Shown here piece by piece: positions 19,248 through 29,169 of a stretch of DNA of 64,000 nucleotides (its first letter is position 1; every line of letters begins with the position of its first letter). This DNA comes from Alphaproteobacteria bacterium (GTDB lineage Bacteria; Pseudomonadota; Alphaproteobacteria; CAAGCB01; CAG-977). Under the pieces are notes generated by a model. The model made no database searches. It was given only the letters and a program-made list of their open reading frames with translations, and was not told the DNA's origin. Made by a program: the position numbers and the translations under genes. Location: the NCBI GenBank assembly GCA_024413465.1, contig JAKSVU010000001.1, positions 21,949-85,948 of the forward strand, written 5' to 3'.

Positions 19248-20699
19248 TTGGATATGACTGAAAGTAAAGATGCCCTTCGTCAAGTTGTTGAAAATGACGC
19301 ATATAAGTATGGTTTTGTTACAGAAATTGAATCTGATGAATTTTTAAAAGGAATAAACGAAGATATAGTTCGCTGTATTTCTCATAAAAAAAATGAACCA
19401 GATTGGCTCCTTGATTTCAGATTAAAGGCCTTTAGGCATTGGCTTACTATCAAAGAGCCTCATTGGGGGAAGATAGATTATCAGACAATAGATTATCAAG
19501 ATATTTGTTATTACTCTGCACCTAAAAATGCTGCAAAAAAAACGATGGATGAAGTTGATCCTGAGTTGTTGAAAACTTATGAAAAGTTAGGAGTTCCATT
19601 ACAAGAGAGAGCTGTTTTAGCTGGGGTTGCTGTTGATGCTGTTTTTGATAGTGTTTCTGTAGCAACAACTTTTAAAGAACGTTTATCTCAACAAGGGATT
19701 ATATTTTGTTCAATTTCAGAGGCAGTTCAAAATCATTCAGATCTAGTAAAAAAATATTTAGGTTCAGTCGTTCCATATACGGATAACTTTTTTGCTTGTT
19801 TAAATGCGGCTGTTTTTTCTGATGGAACTTTTGTTTACATTCCTAAGGGGGTAAGATGTCCAATGGAATTGTCGACTTATTTCAGAATTAATGCGAAAAA
19901 AACAGGACAATTTGAAAGAACGCTAATTATTGCAGATGATAGTTCTTATGTCAGTTATCTTGAAGGCTGTACAGCTCCGCAAAGAGATGAAAATCAACTT
20001 CATGCAGCTATAGTTGAGATAATTGTTCTTGATAATGCTGAGGTGAAATATTCAACGGTCCAAAATTGGTATCCAGGTGATAAAGAAGGACGTGGAGGTA
20101 TATATAACTTTGTTACGAAAAGAGGTTTGTGTGCTGGTTATAATTCAAAATTGTCATGGACACAAGTTGAAACAGGATCAGCATTAACTTGGAAATATCC
20201 ATCGTGTGTGTTAAAAGGCGATAATTCTGTTGGGGAGTTTTATTCTGTTGCAATTACCAATAATTATCAACAAGCAGATACTGGTACGAAAATGATTCAT
20301 ATCGGAAAAAATACAAAATCGACGATAGTATCTAAAGGAATTTCTGCAGGAAAATCTCAAAATACGTATCGCGGTTTTGTAAAAATTGCAAAAAATTCTG
20401 AAAATTCAAGAAATTATTCGCAGTGTGATAGTTTGTTAATTGGAAATCAATGTGGAGCCCATACGTTGCCCGTTATGTCAGATGAATGTCCATCAGCATG
20501 TGTAGAACATGAAGCTACAACTTCAAAAATTAGTGATGAGCAATTGTTTTATTGTAAACAAAGAGGTTTAGATGCAGAAGAAGCAGTTTCATTGATAGTA
20601 AATGGTTTTTGTAAAGAGGTTATGCAAAAATTACCAATGGAATTTGCAATGGAAGCTACTAAGTTAGTGGCAGTTACGCTTGAAGGTAGTGTAGGGTAA
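19248..20699 (+). CDS. sufB: Fe-S cluster assembly scaffold SufB
   Basis: The protein is 483 aa and carries conserved SufB C-terminal motifs ([20 protein letters not shown]). Confidence 0.9.
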   Translation: MDMTESKDALRQVVENDAYKYGFVTEIESDEFLKGINEDIVRCISHKKNEPDWLLDFRLKAFRHWLTIKEPHWGKIDYQTIDYQDICYYSAPKNAAKKTMDEVDPELLKTYEKLGVPLQERAVLAGVAVDAVFDSVSVATTFKERLSQQGIIFCSISEAVQNHSDLVKKYLGSVVPYTDNFFACLNAAVFSDGTFVYIPKGVRCPMELSTYFRINAKKTGQFERTLIIADDSSYVSYLEGCTAPQRDENQLHAAIVEIIVLDNAEVKYSTVQNWYPGDKEGRGGIYNFVTKRGLCAGYNSKLSWTQVETGSALTWKYPSCVLKGDNSVGEFYSVAITNNYQQADTGTKMIHIGKNTKSTIVSKGISAGKSQNTYRGFVKIAKNSENSRNYSQCDSLLIGNQCGAHTLPVMSDECPSACVEHEATTSKISDEQLFYCKQRGLDAEEAVSLIVNGFCKEVMQKLPMEFAMEATKLVAVTLEGSVG

Positions 20700-20713
20700 A
20701 AGGAGTATTAAAA

Positions 20714-21472
20714 ATGTCAGCTTTTCTAGAAATAAAAGATTTATATGTAAATGCTGGAGAAAAAGAAATATTAAAAGGATTATCCCTCTCTATTAATCGA
20801 GGTGAAATCCACGTCGTTGTTGGCCCAAATGGAGCAGGGAAAAGCACATTATCGAATGTTTTGTGTGGAAATGAACTTTACAAGGTAATTTCTGGAAATA
20901 TCGATTTTAATGGCGAAAACTTATTACCTATTTCAGTTGAGGATAGAGCGAGAAGAGGTATATTCCTATCTTTTCAATCTCCTGTTGAAATTTCGGGAAT
21001 TTCGATGTCAACTTTTATGAAATATGCATTAAATTCACATAGAAAATTTAAAGGATTGGAGCCTTTAGATGCTATCTCTTTTGCAAAACATCTTAAAATA
21101 AGGGCAAAAGCTTTAGGTATATCCGATGAAATGTTAAAAAGGCCGGTTAATGTTAATTGTTCTGGTGGAGAGAAAAAACGTTTAGAAATATTTCAAATGG
21201 CCGTTTTAGAACCAGAATTGTGTATTCTTGATGAAATGGACTCAGGAATGGATGTTGATGCTGTAAAAATAGCAAGTAATGGTGTGAACATTATGAAGGA
21301 TTCAAAACGTTCATTTTTAATTATCTCTCATAATAATGATTTCCTGTATGAGCAAATTAAACCAGATTATGTTCATGTTTTGGTAAATGGAAAAATTGTA
21401 AAAACAGGTTCAAAAGATTTGTTATTGGATATCAAAAAATCTGGTTTTTCACAGTTCCAAAAGGAAATTTAA
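20714..21472 (+). CDS. sufC: Fe-S cluster assembly ATPase SufC
   Basis: Walker A GPNGAGKSTL, the ABC signature SGGEKKR and Walker B ILDEMDSG are present. Confidence 0.9.
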   Translation: MSAFLEIKDLYVNAGEKEILKGLSLSINRGEIHVVVGPNGAGKSTLSNVLCGNELYKVISGNIDFNGENLLPISVEDRARRGIFLSFQSPVEISGISMSTFMKYALNSHRKFKGLEPLDAISFAKHLKIRAKALGISDEMLKRPVNVNCSGGEKKRLEIFQMAVLEPELCILDEMDSGMDVDAVKIASNGVNIMKDSKRSFLIISHNNDFLYEQIKPDYVHVLVNGKIVKTGSKDLLLDIKKSGFSQFQKEI

Positions 21473-21473
21473 A

Positions 21474-22199
21474 ATGGAACAAGTAAAATCTCTTAATAAT
21501 TTTATTTCAGAAGTAAAAGGTAAAAGTGAATTTTATGAGAATGTGGTGGACACAGATACTAATATAAAAGTATCAGATGATTCTCAAGTTTTTCATTATA
21601 GAATTTGTAAAAATGTAAAAAATACATTAAAAGTTAGTCTTGGTAAAAATTCTGTATATCAATTGATTACGTTAGTATTGGGTGATGCCGAAATAGGTGT
21701 TGATATTGATATGAAAGGTGAGAATAGTTCTTGTAAAAGTGATGTTGTTTATGTTGAAGGAAAAAATGGTAAAGCTACAATTTCAACATTTTTACAGCAC
21801 AATGCAAAGCGAACAAAATCTTCTCAATTAATAAAGGGAGTTGCTTTTGAAGATGGAAAAGCAGATTTCTTAGGGAGAATTTATGTTCCATATAATAAAA
21901 AAGAAATTGAGGCTTCTCAACAACATAGGGCTTTACTTTTATCAAAAAATGCCTTAGTGAAAGCTGTTCCTATGTTAGAAATTTATTCGGATGATGTAAA
22001 ATGTGCTCATGGATCAGCTATAGGTTCACTTGATCAAGAGCAACTATATTATATGAAAACAAGAGGAGTTGATGCTTTAGAAGCTCATAAAATTTTGACA
22101 TATGCTTTTTTAAATGAAGTTTGTGAAGGTATTCTTAGTGATGATTTGAAAAATACCTGGGAGATTTTAATTCAGGAGTGTTTAGGTCAGAATGTTTGA
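21474..22199 (+). CDS. sufD: SufD, short form (241 aa; the N-terminal domain is absent)
   Basis: The C-terminal SufD core motifs (DVKCAHGSAIGSLDQEQLYYMKTRG) are present. The protein is much shorter than the usual SufD of about 420 aa. Confidence 0.7.
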   Translation: MEQVKSLNNFISEVKGKSEFYENVVDTDTNIKVSDDSQVFHYRICKNVKNTLKVSLGKNSVYQLITLVLGDAEIGVDIDMKGENSSCKSDVVYVEGKNGKATISTFLQHNAKRTKSSQLIKGVAFEDGKADFLGRIYVPYNKKEIEASQQHRALLLSKNALVKAVPMLEIYSDDVKCAHGSAIGSLDQEQLYYMKTRGVDALEAHKILTYAFLNEVCEGILSDDLKNTWEILIQECLGQNV

Positions 22200-23409
22200 T
22201 GTCGAAAAGTTGAGATGTGATTTCCCTGCATTATCTGTTTTGAGAAATAAAAAAAGAATAATTTTTTTGGATAGTGCAGCTTCTGCACAGAAGCCTAAGA
22301 TTATTTTAGATAAAATGAATTACGTGTATCAGCATGAATATGCGAATGTCCATAGAGGAATGTATTATTTTTCAGAAAGAGCTACAGAATTGTATGAAGA
22401 TTCTAGAAAAAAGATTCAAAAATTTATTAATGCTAAAGAAGTTGAAGAAATTATTTTTACAAAAGGTGCAACAAATTCAATTAATTTGGTTGCTTATACG
22501 TGGGCAGAACAAAATTTAACAGATAAAGACAATATCATAATTACAAGAGCAGAACATCATTCAAATATTGTTCCATGGCAAATTATGCAAAAACGAAAAA
22601 ATTTTAAGATAAAAGTAGCTGAAGTGGATGATGATGGAAATTTGGATATTGAGTATTTGAAAAATTTAGTTGACGAAAATACAAAGTTAATTTGTTGTGC
22701 ACAAGTATCAAATGTTTTAGGGACTATTTTCCCTGTAAAAGAGATTACAAAATTTGCCCATAATCATAGTATAAAAGTGTTAGTTGATGGTTGTCAGTCT
22801 ACACCACATATGGCAATCGATGTTCAGGATTTAGATTGCGATTTTTATGCTTTTTCTGGACATAAAATTTATGGTCCGACGGGGGTAGGTGTTTTATATG
22901 GGAAAAAAGAAATTTTAGAAAATATGGCTCCTTTTGAAGGTGGGGGAGATATGATTAAAAATGTTTCTTTTTCAGGAAGTACGTGGGCAGATATTCCAGC
23001 TAGATTTGAAGCAGGAACACCGATGATAGTTCAAGCAATTGGTTTAGGATATGCTATTGACTATATATCTTTGATTGGTATGGCTGATGTGTATGCAGAA
23101 GATAGAAAATTGTTGAAGTACATGCAAGATGCTATTGAAGATTTAAAAGATTTTAAGATACTTGGAAAGAGTACAAATAAAATAGCAGTGGTTAGTTTTG
23201 TTCCAACTTTTACGCATCCACAAGATTTAGCAATGATTTTAGATCAGGAAGGAATTTGTGTACGAACAGGACATCACTGTGCTCAGCCTTTGCATGAAAA
23301 ATTTTGTACGAAATCATCGGTAAGGGCTTCATTAGGCGTATATTCCGACAAAAATGATGTTGATGCGTTGATTAGTTCTTTACATAAAGCCAAAAAATTT
23401 TTTATTTAG
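22192..23409 (+). CDS. sufS: Cysteine desulfurase SufS
   Basis: A class V aminotransferase fold is present. The PLP-lysine region SGHKIYGPTGVGVLYG and the catalytic Cys region HHCAQP are conserved. Confidence 0.9.
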   Translation: MFDVEKLRCDFPALSVLRNKKRIIFLDSAASAQKPKIILDKMNYVYQHEYANVHRGMYYFSERATELYEDSRKKIQKFINAKEVEEIIFTKGATNSINLVAYTWAEQNLTDKDNIIITRAEHHSNIVPWQIMQKRKNFKIKVAEVDDDGNLDIEYLKNLVDENTKLICCAQVSNVLGTIFPVKEITKFAHNHSIKVLVDGCQSTPHMAIDVQDLDCDFYAFSGHKIYGPTGVGVLYGKKEILENMAPFEGGGDMIKNVSFSGSTWADIPARFEAGTPMIVQAIGLGYAIDYISLIGMADVYAEDRKLLKYMQDAIEDLKDFKILGKSTNKIAVVSFVPTFTHPQDLAMILDQEGICVRTGHHCAQPLHEKFCTKSSVRASLGVYSDKNDVDALISSLHKAKKFFI

Positions 23410-23425
23410 AAACGGGGAGAAAAGT

Positions 23426-24010
23426 ATGGAAAAAGAAAATAGTAAAAATCTTCCTACAGAAATAGAAGAGGAATTGAAAAAATTACCAGCAGACTTTAGT
23501 GGAACAATAGAAATTCCAATAAATACAGACACAAAACAAAGTTTTCAAGAAGTTTTTCCTGGTTCAAAACCGTTGCCAGAAGAAATAGAAGATTTTGAAA
23601 AAATATTGTGGGGTGGAAATGCACCGGCTGATATGCCAGTAATTAATTATGGAGATGAATATGTCGTTGTAAAGGGGGAAAAGTTATCCTTAAATAATTC
23701 TCGAGAGATTGCAACACTTGATGAAGTTATAAATGCTATAAAAACTGTATCGGATCCTGAAATTATGGTGAATGTTTTTGATATGGGACTCATTTATAGA
23801 TTAGATAGATTAACTAATGGTGATATTGAAATTGATATGACTGTAACGGCTCCATCTTGTCCTGTTGCAGGTTTGATGCCTAACCAAGTAGCTGAAGCAG
23901 TAGCCACCCTGGAGGGCGTAGGACAAGTTACAGTTAAACTTGTATGGGAGCCTGCATGGTCTATGGATAGAATGTCGGAAGATGCTAAATACGCATTAGA
24001 TTTGATTTAA
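23426..24010 (+). CDS. DUF59/MIP18-family Fe-S assembly protein (SufT-like) with an N-terminal extension of about 90 aa
   Basis: The C-terminal 100 aa carry a DUF59 signature (DPEIMVNVFDMGLIY...TAPSCP). GGGGAGA RBS is present. The gene is the last one of the suf operon. Confidence 0.7.
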   Translation: MEKENSKNLPTEIEEELKKLPADFSGTIEIPINTDTKQSFQEVFPGSKPLPEEIEDFEKILWGGNAPADMPVINYGDEYVVVKGEKLSLNNSREIATLDEVINAIKTVSDPEIMVNVFDMGLIYRLDRLTNGDIEIDMTVTAPSCPVAGLMPNQVAEAVATLEGVGQVTVKLVWEPAWSMDRMSEDAKYALDLI

Positions 24011-24013
24011 AAA

Positions 24014-24041
24014 ATCCTGTCTAAATGACAGGATTTTTTTT
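24014..24041. terminator. Bidirectional rho-independent terminator (ATCCTGTC-TAAAT-GACAGGAT plus T-run)
   Basis: A perfect 8-bp stem is flanked by A-run and T-run sequences. It lies between the convergent sufT-like and HAD genes. Confidence 0.75.
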
Positions 24042-24050
24042 ATTATTTAA

Positions 24051-25028
24051 TTATCTTGATATAGCTTTTTTAGCTAAAATCAATTGTGAATCAATCGCTT
24101 TTGATTTTGTATTTTCAACTTGTTTTAATCTTTCAGGAGAAGTAAATCTATAAAACTTATTCAAGTCCATGAAACTTTCAAGCACTTCTGTAGGACGGTT
24201 TGTCTCATTCATCTGAGATAAATGTTCCTCCGTTGTTAATTTATAATTAGGATCTTGGCAGAAAACGTTATAACATCTTTTAGTTGGTTCATCTATGACT
24301 GTACCACCTTTTTGCCAAGCATAATTCATGCCGAGTGTGATTGCAGCTGTCCCATCAGAACGAATATTATCTCCGACCATGACAGTTGTACTTGGATCGG
24401 TTATTCCCATATCATCTAAAATTTTTTGCATGTTTTTTGGATTCGGTTTGTTTGATTTAGGAGGCAGCACAACTAGTTTATCACCTAAAGCATCCTTTAA
24501 CTCTTGAGCAGGGCCTTTTACAGGTTTATGAATAACTTCACCATCTTTCAAATCAGGAAGTACATACAAACCGTCTAACATATCAGCGGTAATTCCCATT
24601 TTTGCTAAACGGGGAATACAAACTGACTCACGAGAATCAGTGTAAAGAACAAATTTTGCACCAGTTGCTTTAATCTTTCGTATTGTTGCAGCAGAACCTT
24701 CATATAGTTCGGCTTTACTTTTATCAATATCCCATTCGTGAAAAATCTTTTCCAAAGCCTTTTCTTGTTCAGGAGAAGTCGGTTTTAAAGATGGTGTACA
24801 AGCCACGTCAGATCTTAAATCTTTTCCGATATATGGTCCAGAGATGTGTTTCATACTTTCTGGAACATGAGCCAAAAGATCTTGTTCAATATCTGATCTT
24901 TCACGACCATAAAGTTTTGATAATTTGTCCATTGCAACGTCAAGAGAATTTCCCCAAGTGCCAAATTTATCAGCGATCGTATTATCAATATCACTTACAA
25001 CAAGAGTAATATTTTTCTTTTGTTCCAT
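24051..25028 (-). CDS. HAD-superfamily hydrolase/phosphatase
   Basis: Motif I VVSDIDNTI (DxDxT) and motif IV GDNIRSD are present. The start is set at the ATG preceded by a GGGAGA RBS. The ORF track extends to 25091. Confidence 0.65.
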   Translation of the reverse strand: MEQKKNITLVVSDIDNTIADKFGTWGNSLDVAMDKLSKLYGRERSDIEQDLLAHVPESMKHISGPYIGKDLRSDVACTPSLKPTSPEQEKALEKIFHEWDIDKSKAELYEGSAATIRKIKATGAKFVLYTDSRESVCIPRLAKMGITADMLDGLYVLPDLKDGEVIHKPVKGPAQELKDALGDKLVVLPPKSNKPNPKNMQKILDDMGITDPSTTVMVGDNIRSDGTAAITLGMNYAWQKGGTVIDEPTKRCYNVFCQDPNYKLTTEEHLSQMNETNRPTEVLESFMDLNKFYRFTSPERLKQVENTKSKAIDSQLILAKKAISR

Positions 25029-25076
25029 AACTAATTCTCCCAAATGAATTGTATTTGTTGAAAATATACAAAATTT

Positions 25077-25091
25077 TTGTCTAAATGACAA
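25077..25091. promoter_or_regulatory. Palindrome TTGTCTAAATGACAA upstream of the HAD gene; candidate operator
   Basis: The core TGTCTAAATGACA is identical to the core of the 24014-24041 hairpin. It lies about 50 nt upstream of the HAD start. Confidence 0.3.
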
Positions 25092-25186
25092 GCTTTAATA
25101 ACAAAAATTAGTTTTTTTTTTGAAAATTAATATAGTACAATAAGTTTTAGAAGTTCTTTGATTTATAAAATGGTGATGTTTGGGCT

Positions 25187-25867
25187 ATGCAGTATTTTAA
25201 AGTCTTGGTAATGTGTTTTTTGTGTGAATTAATGTCATTTCCAATATATGCTCAAGATGATTTTTTGAATATTGATCAAGATGATCGACATTGGAGAAAA
25301 CATTTGGTTGATTCTACATATGTAGGAGGTGCAAAACCAACAGTGCAAGTCCACTTTAAGTTTAATGATATTCGTTTTATTTCATCCCAAAAGGTATTTT
25401 GTAACACCCAAAATGCTGCGGGATGTGCGCATTATCGTTTAGCTTATGAAATTGATCATGATTGTTCAAAAAATAAAGTTGATATTACACTTATGGATCT
25501 GAAAAATTATCCATTTATTGAAATTTTGGATAAAGCATCTAATACGATTTTTTATGATCAAATTTTAAAACATGAAATGACACATATTCAAATTTATCGT
25601 GGAAATGTAAAAAAAATTGCACCACAAATCGCATCTAATATTATAGCAAAATATGATCAATTGTTAAAACAGGGAAGCAATAACTGTTTTGGTATTAAAA
25701 ACAATATACAGGGGCTTTTTGCGAAAATGTTTTATGAAATGTTAGAGGAAATAGAAAAAAAACAAAAACTAATAGATGGTGATGAAAATTACTCATACCA
25801 AGATCAGCAAGTTCTTCAAAAAATAAGAGAAAAAGAATATTCAAGGTATAGTAAAGAAAGCAAATAA
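25187..25867 (+). CDS. Secreted HExxH protein (DUF922-like putative zinc metallopeptidase)
   Basis: An N-terminal signal peptide and the HEMTH motif (ILKHEMTHIQIY) are present. The protein is 226 aa. Confidence 0.45.
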   Translation: MQYFKVLVMCFLCELMSFPIYAQDDFLNIDQDDRHWRKHLVDSTYVGGAKPTVQVHFKFNDIRFISSQKVFCNTQNAAGCAHYRLAYEIDHDCSKNKVDITLMDLKNYPFIEILDKASNTIFYDQILKHEMTHIQIYRGNVKKIAPQIASNIIAKYDQLLKQGSNNCFGIKNNIQGLFAKMFYEMLEEIEKKQKLIDGDENYSYQDQQVLQKIREKEYSRYSKESK

Positions 25868-25904
25868 CATCTTTCATTGACTATAAAAATAAAAGACTAA
25901 AAAA

Positions 25905-26432
25905 TTAAACTTTCAGCAAGTTAACAGAATTTTTTATTAAAGATTGATGGTCTTCTTTTTTTAATTTGTCTTTTATCATTAAGCGACAAGTCTCAACAGA
26001 TACGTTTATTGCCTTGTTTGTTACATCACTAATGGCATTATTCAAAGAATCAGATAATTGATTTTCTAAACAAAGTTTTTTATTTTTCATTGAAATTAAA
26101 ACATTCTCTTCATTTTTCTGTCTTGTTTGTTCAGCTTGTTTTGCAACTTTCTCAAGCTCATTTTTCATAGTTGTTTCGAAGTTTTCCTTTTTACTTTTCA
26201 ATTCAAGCATGAGTTTTTCAGCATCGTCAGATAACTTTTTTGTTTCTTCAAGCTTCTCCATAATGTTTTTAGTTCTATTATTCAATGCTTCAACGATAGC
26301 TTTTTTTGCTGTTGCTAATAACAAAAGAACTGTTAATAAAAAAGCAAAAGCAACCCAAAAAGTTGGATCTTGAAAAATATTACCAGAATGATGGGCGTTT
26401 TCAACGGAAGCATAAGCAGGTGAAATAAACAT
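25905..26432 (-). CDS. atpF: F0F1 ATP synthase subunit b
   Basis: A single N-terminal TM helix is followed by a long charged coiled coil. It is the last gene of the atpI-B-E-F'-F operon. Confidence 0.75.
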   Translation of the reverse strand: MFISPAYASVENAHHSGNIFQDPTFWVAFAFLLTVLLLLATAKKAIVEALNNRTKNIMEKLEETKKLSDDAEKLMLELKSKKENFETTMKNELEKVAKQAEQTRQKNEENVLISMKNKKLCLENQLSDSLNNAISDVTNKAINVSVETCRLMIKDKLKKEDHQSLIKNSVNLLKV

Positions 26433-26439
26433 AGCTCGA

Positions 26440-26931
26440 TTATCCTTTCAGAACGTTTTCGATTCGATCTTGTATTTCAGCATCACTTGCTGTCAAATTT
26501 CCAATTGAAGAAAGAATCTGTTTTGTTAAAGTTTCTGCAATAATTTTTACATTATTGGATGCTTCATTTTGAATAGCTTCAAGTTTTTGAGAATTTTCTA
26601 AAATAATTTTATCAAATTCTTTTTTGTAATCATCTTCCAATTTTTTTTGAGAAATCTTCGCATCTTCCATCATTTTTGAGAAAGTTTCTTGTGTTTTTTT
26701 ATTTAAATCATCTACGCATTTACTATATTCTCTAGAATATATCTCTGCTTTCAATTTAAAATCTTCAGCGTCTTTTAAATTTTTATCAAGAATGGATTGT
26801 CGATAGTCAACAGTAGCCTTACACAATGGCATGATAAACTTCCATACAATAATAAACATTGCAATAAAGGAAATGATTAACCAAAAAAACTGAGAAATAT
26901 ACCAAGTTGAATCTAACTGTGGCATCGACAA
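26440..26931 (-). CDS. atpG: F0F1 ATP synthase subunit b'
   Basis: It has the same architecture as subunit b. Its position between atpE and atpF matches alphaproteobacteria. Confidence 0.7.
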   Translation of the reverse strand: MSMPQLDSTWYISQFFWLIISFIAMFIIVWKFIMPLCKATVDYRQSILDKNLKDAEDFKLKAEIYSREYSKCVDDLNKKTQETFSKMMEDAKISQKKLEDDYKKEFDKIILENSQKLEAIQNEASNNVKIIAETLTKQILSSIGNLTASDAEIQDRIENVLKG

Positions 26932-26943
26932 TCCCCTTAATTA

Positions 26944-27177
26944 TTAACCAACAAATAACATAATTAACGCAATAACTAATGCATACAATGCAATAGCTTC
27001 TGTTGCAGCGAACCCAATTAAACCAAAAGCGTTTACATCTTTTTTCACTGTTGGATTTCTACCTACAGTTTCGATTAATGTTATCCAAATTTTTGACACA
27101 CCCTCTGCAGCTGCTTTCATACTAAAAGCACACAATCCTGCAGCTAAAAATTTGGCAGCTAATGCAATATGTTCCAT
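26944..27177 (-). CDS. atpE: F0F1 ATP synthase subunit c
   Basis: The 77-aa two-helix hairpin carries the conserved carboxylate region GLIGFAATEAIALYALVIALI. Confidence 0.85.
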   Translation of the reverse strand: MEHIALAAKFLAAGLCAFSMKAAAEGVSKIWITLIETVGRNPTVKKDVNAFGLIGFAATEAIALYALVIALIMLFVG

Positions 27178-27213
27178 CTTTATATCCTTTCGTAAAAATT
27201 AAGACGTTAAAAT

Positions 27214-27942
27214 TTAATGTGAGTGAATAGCATCACTGAGATAAACACAAGTCAGTATAGTATAAACATATGCTTGTAAAACTGCAATCATCATTTCAAA
27301 CAATGTTAAACAAACAATAAAAGCTAAAGGAATCCAACCACCCCAGAAACTCAAATCATAAACAAAACCCGCAATAACTTTCATCATGATATGTCCGACC
27401 ATCATATTTACAGATAAACGAACAGTTAAGCTAAAAGGTTTTGAACAAAAAGAAATGATTTCAATCGGTACTAATATTGGGGCAATTGCTACAGGAGTTC
27501 CTTTTGGGAAAAAATTTGTAAACCAATTTAGTCCACGACTTTTTAATCCAGCGACAACAGTAACAAGAATGGCGAAAACAGATAAAGCTCCTACTGCGGA
27601 AAAATGACTAGTATACGTGAAACTATATGGACACAAACCAAGCAGATTACCGATAACTACAAACATAAAAATTGAAAAAACAAATGGAACGTAGTGGGTA
27701 CCTTCAGGACCAACCATTTCAAATGTCATCTGTTTTATCATTTCATAGATAATTTCTACTGCTGATTGGGCTTTCGACGGAATTAATAGCTTTTTTCTTA
27801 ATGCTAAAGTAAATAGTCCACCAACAACAACCACTCCCAATACCATAAAAAGAGAAGAATTTGTAAAAGAAATATCTAAATTTCCAATTTTTGGAATAGA
27901 TATCAACGGTTTTATTTCGAATTGTTCTATAGGACCTGACAT
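27214..27942 (-). CDS. atpB: F0F1 ATP synthase subunit a
   Basis: The conserved Arg motif LTVRLSVNMMVGH is present in a polytopic protein of 242 aa. Confidence 0.85.
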   Translation of the reverse strand: MSGPIEQFEIKPLISIPKIGNLDISFTNSSLFMVLGVVVVGGLFTLALRKKLLIPSKAQSAVEIIYEMIKQMTFEMVGPEGTHYVPFVFSIFMFVVIGNLLGLCPYSFTYTSHFSAVGALSVFAILVTVVAGLKSRGLNWFTNFFPKGTPVAIAPILVPIEIISFCSKPFSLTVRLSVNMMVGHIMMKVIAGFVYDLSFWGGWIPLAFIVCLTLFEMMIAVLQAYVYTILTCVYLSDAIHSH

Positions 27943-28305
27943 TTATACAACCTTTTTATCTGTGGAATCAGAATTATTTTGCTCAAAACGTTTTACAAAA
28001 GCAATAGCATTCATCATTCCTGCAATACATCCCATTATCAAAAAAATTGCAATCATAACTGGCTTTGTATTAAACACGTAATCTAATCCATAACCAAATA
28101 AAAGACCACAAAAAACACCAGCAATTAAATCAGACACAACATTAAAGGAAATCCATAACATTCCTCCGATTGAACTAGAATGCTCCCCACTATCACAACT
28201 ATTGCTAGAAATTTTTTTTTTTAAAGAATTAATTTTTTCAGCAATATTTTGAATGTCTGAAGAATCTGATTCTATTAATCTTTCGTCTTTCATCATTTGC
28301 TCCAA
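27943..28305 (-). CDS. atpI: ATP synthase protein I-like small membrane protein
   Basis: A 120-aa membrane protein lies immediately upstream of atpB. Confidence 0.55.
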   Translation of the reverse strand: MEQMMKDERLIESDSSDIQNIAEKINSLKKKISSNSCDSGEHSSSIGGMLWISFNVVSDLIAGVFCGLLFGYGLDYVFNTKPVMIAIFLIMGCIAGMMNAIAFVKRFEQNNSDSTDKKVV

Positions 28306-28341
28306 TTCAAGATAGTTAAATTGGTTGTTTTTGTCAAGATT

Positions 28342-29106
28342 TCAATTCTGTTGCTTTTCAGGTGCAATATCAACCTTTTCTTCATATAGTTTTGCAATAG
28401 CATCATGAATTTCCTGAATTGATTGCAAACCAATCAATTTTTCAGATCGATTATTTCCCTTGATAATAAGAGTAGGGGTTGCTGTTAATTTATATTGCAT
28501 AGTATTCAAATTTCGAATCCTGGTCATTTCGTTAATACCGTATTCGTTAGTAGCGCAATCCAACATTTGTTTTTCTGTCAATCCAGCGAGTTTTGCATAC
28601 GGAAGTATAGCTTCTTGCAAATTATTGGCAACAATCCACTGCCTCTGGTTTTGGTAAAGTGTTGTCATAAATGCAAAATATTTATCACCTTTTAGGCAAC
28701 TTGCAATCAATGAACCTGTCATTGCTCGGACTTCTAAAGGAAAATCTGCCAAAATAACTTGAGCTTTTTTTGTGTCGATTAATTCTTTTTTGATGATTGG
28801 CATCAAATTTAAATGAACACCTGCACAATGCGGACAAGTCAAAGATGTAAAAATGATAATTTTTACTGGAGCATCATTGTCTCCTAATTTTTTTTCAGAG
28901 AAATCATAGTCAGGATGTTCAATATTTGAAGAAAGATCTCCCTGTACATTATCCTGTTGAGTGTTTTCATTATTTAGGAGTTGAGGGGATGAATTATTCT
29001 TTGAAAAAAAATTCTTGAATTTATCTTTCCAACTAAGTTCATCTGCTGAAGCAGAATAAAAAGTAGATAACACAAAAAATAAAAACAAAGCGAAAATTTT
29101 TCTCAT
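28342..29106 (-). CDS. Periplasmic DsbA-like thiol:disulfide oxidoreductase
   Basis: A signal peptide and the CPHC active site (LTCPHCAGVH) are present within a thioredoxin fold. Confidence 0.7.
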   Translation of the reverse strand: MRKIFALFLFFVLSTFYSASADELSWKDKFKNFFSKNNSSPQLLNNENTQQDNVQGDLSSNIEHPDYDFSEKKLGDNDAPVKIIIFTSLTCPHCAGVHLNLMPIIKKELIDTKKAQVILADFPLEVRAMTGSLIASCLKGDKYFAFMTTLYQNQRQWIVANNLQEAILPYAKLAGLTEKQMLDCATNEYGINEMTRIRNLNTMQYKLTATPTLIIKGNNRSEKLIGLQSIQEIHDAIAKLYEEKVDIAPEKQQN

Positions 29107-29169
29107 AATCTTTATTCCTTCGATATAGATCTAGTCAATAAGATGCCATTTTTTTTTATAGACTTCAAT

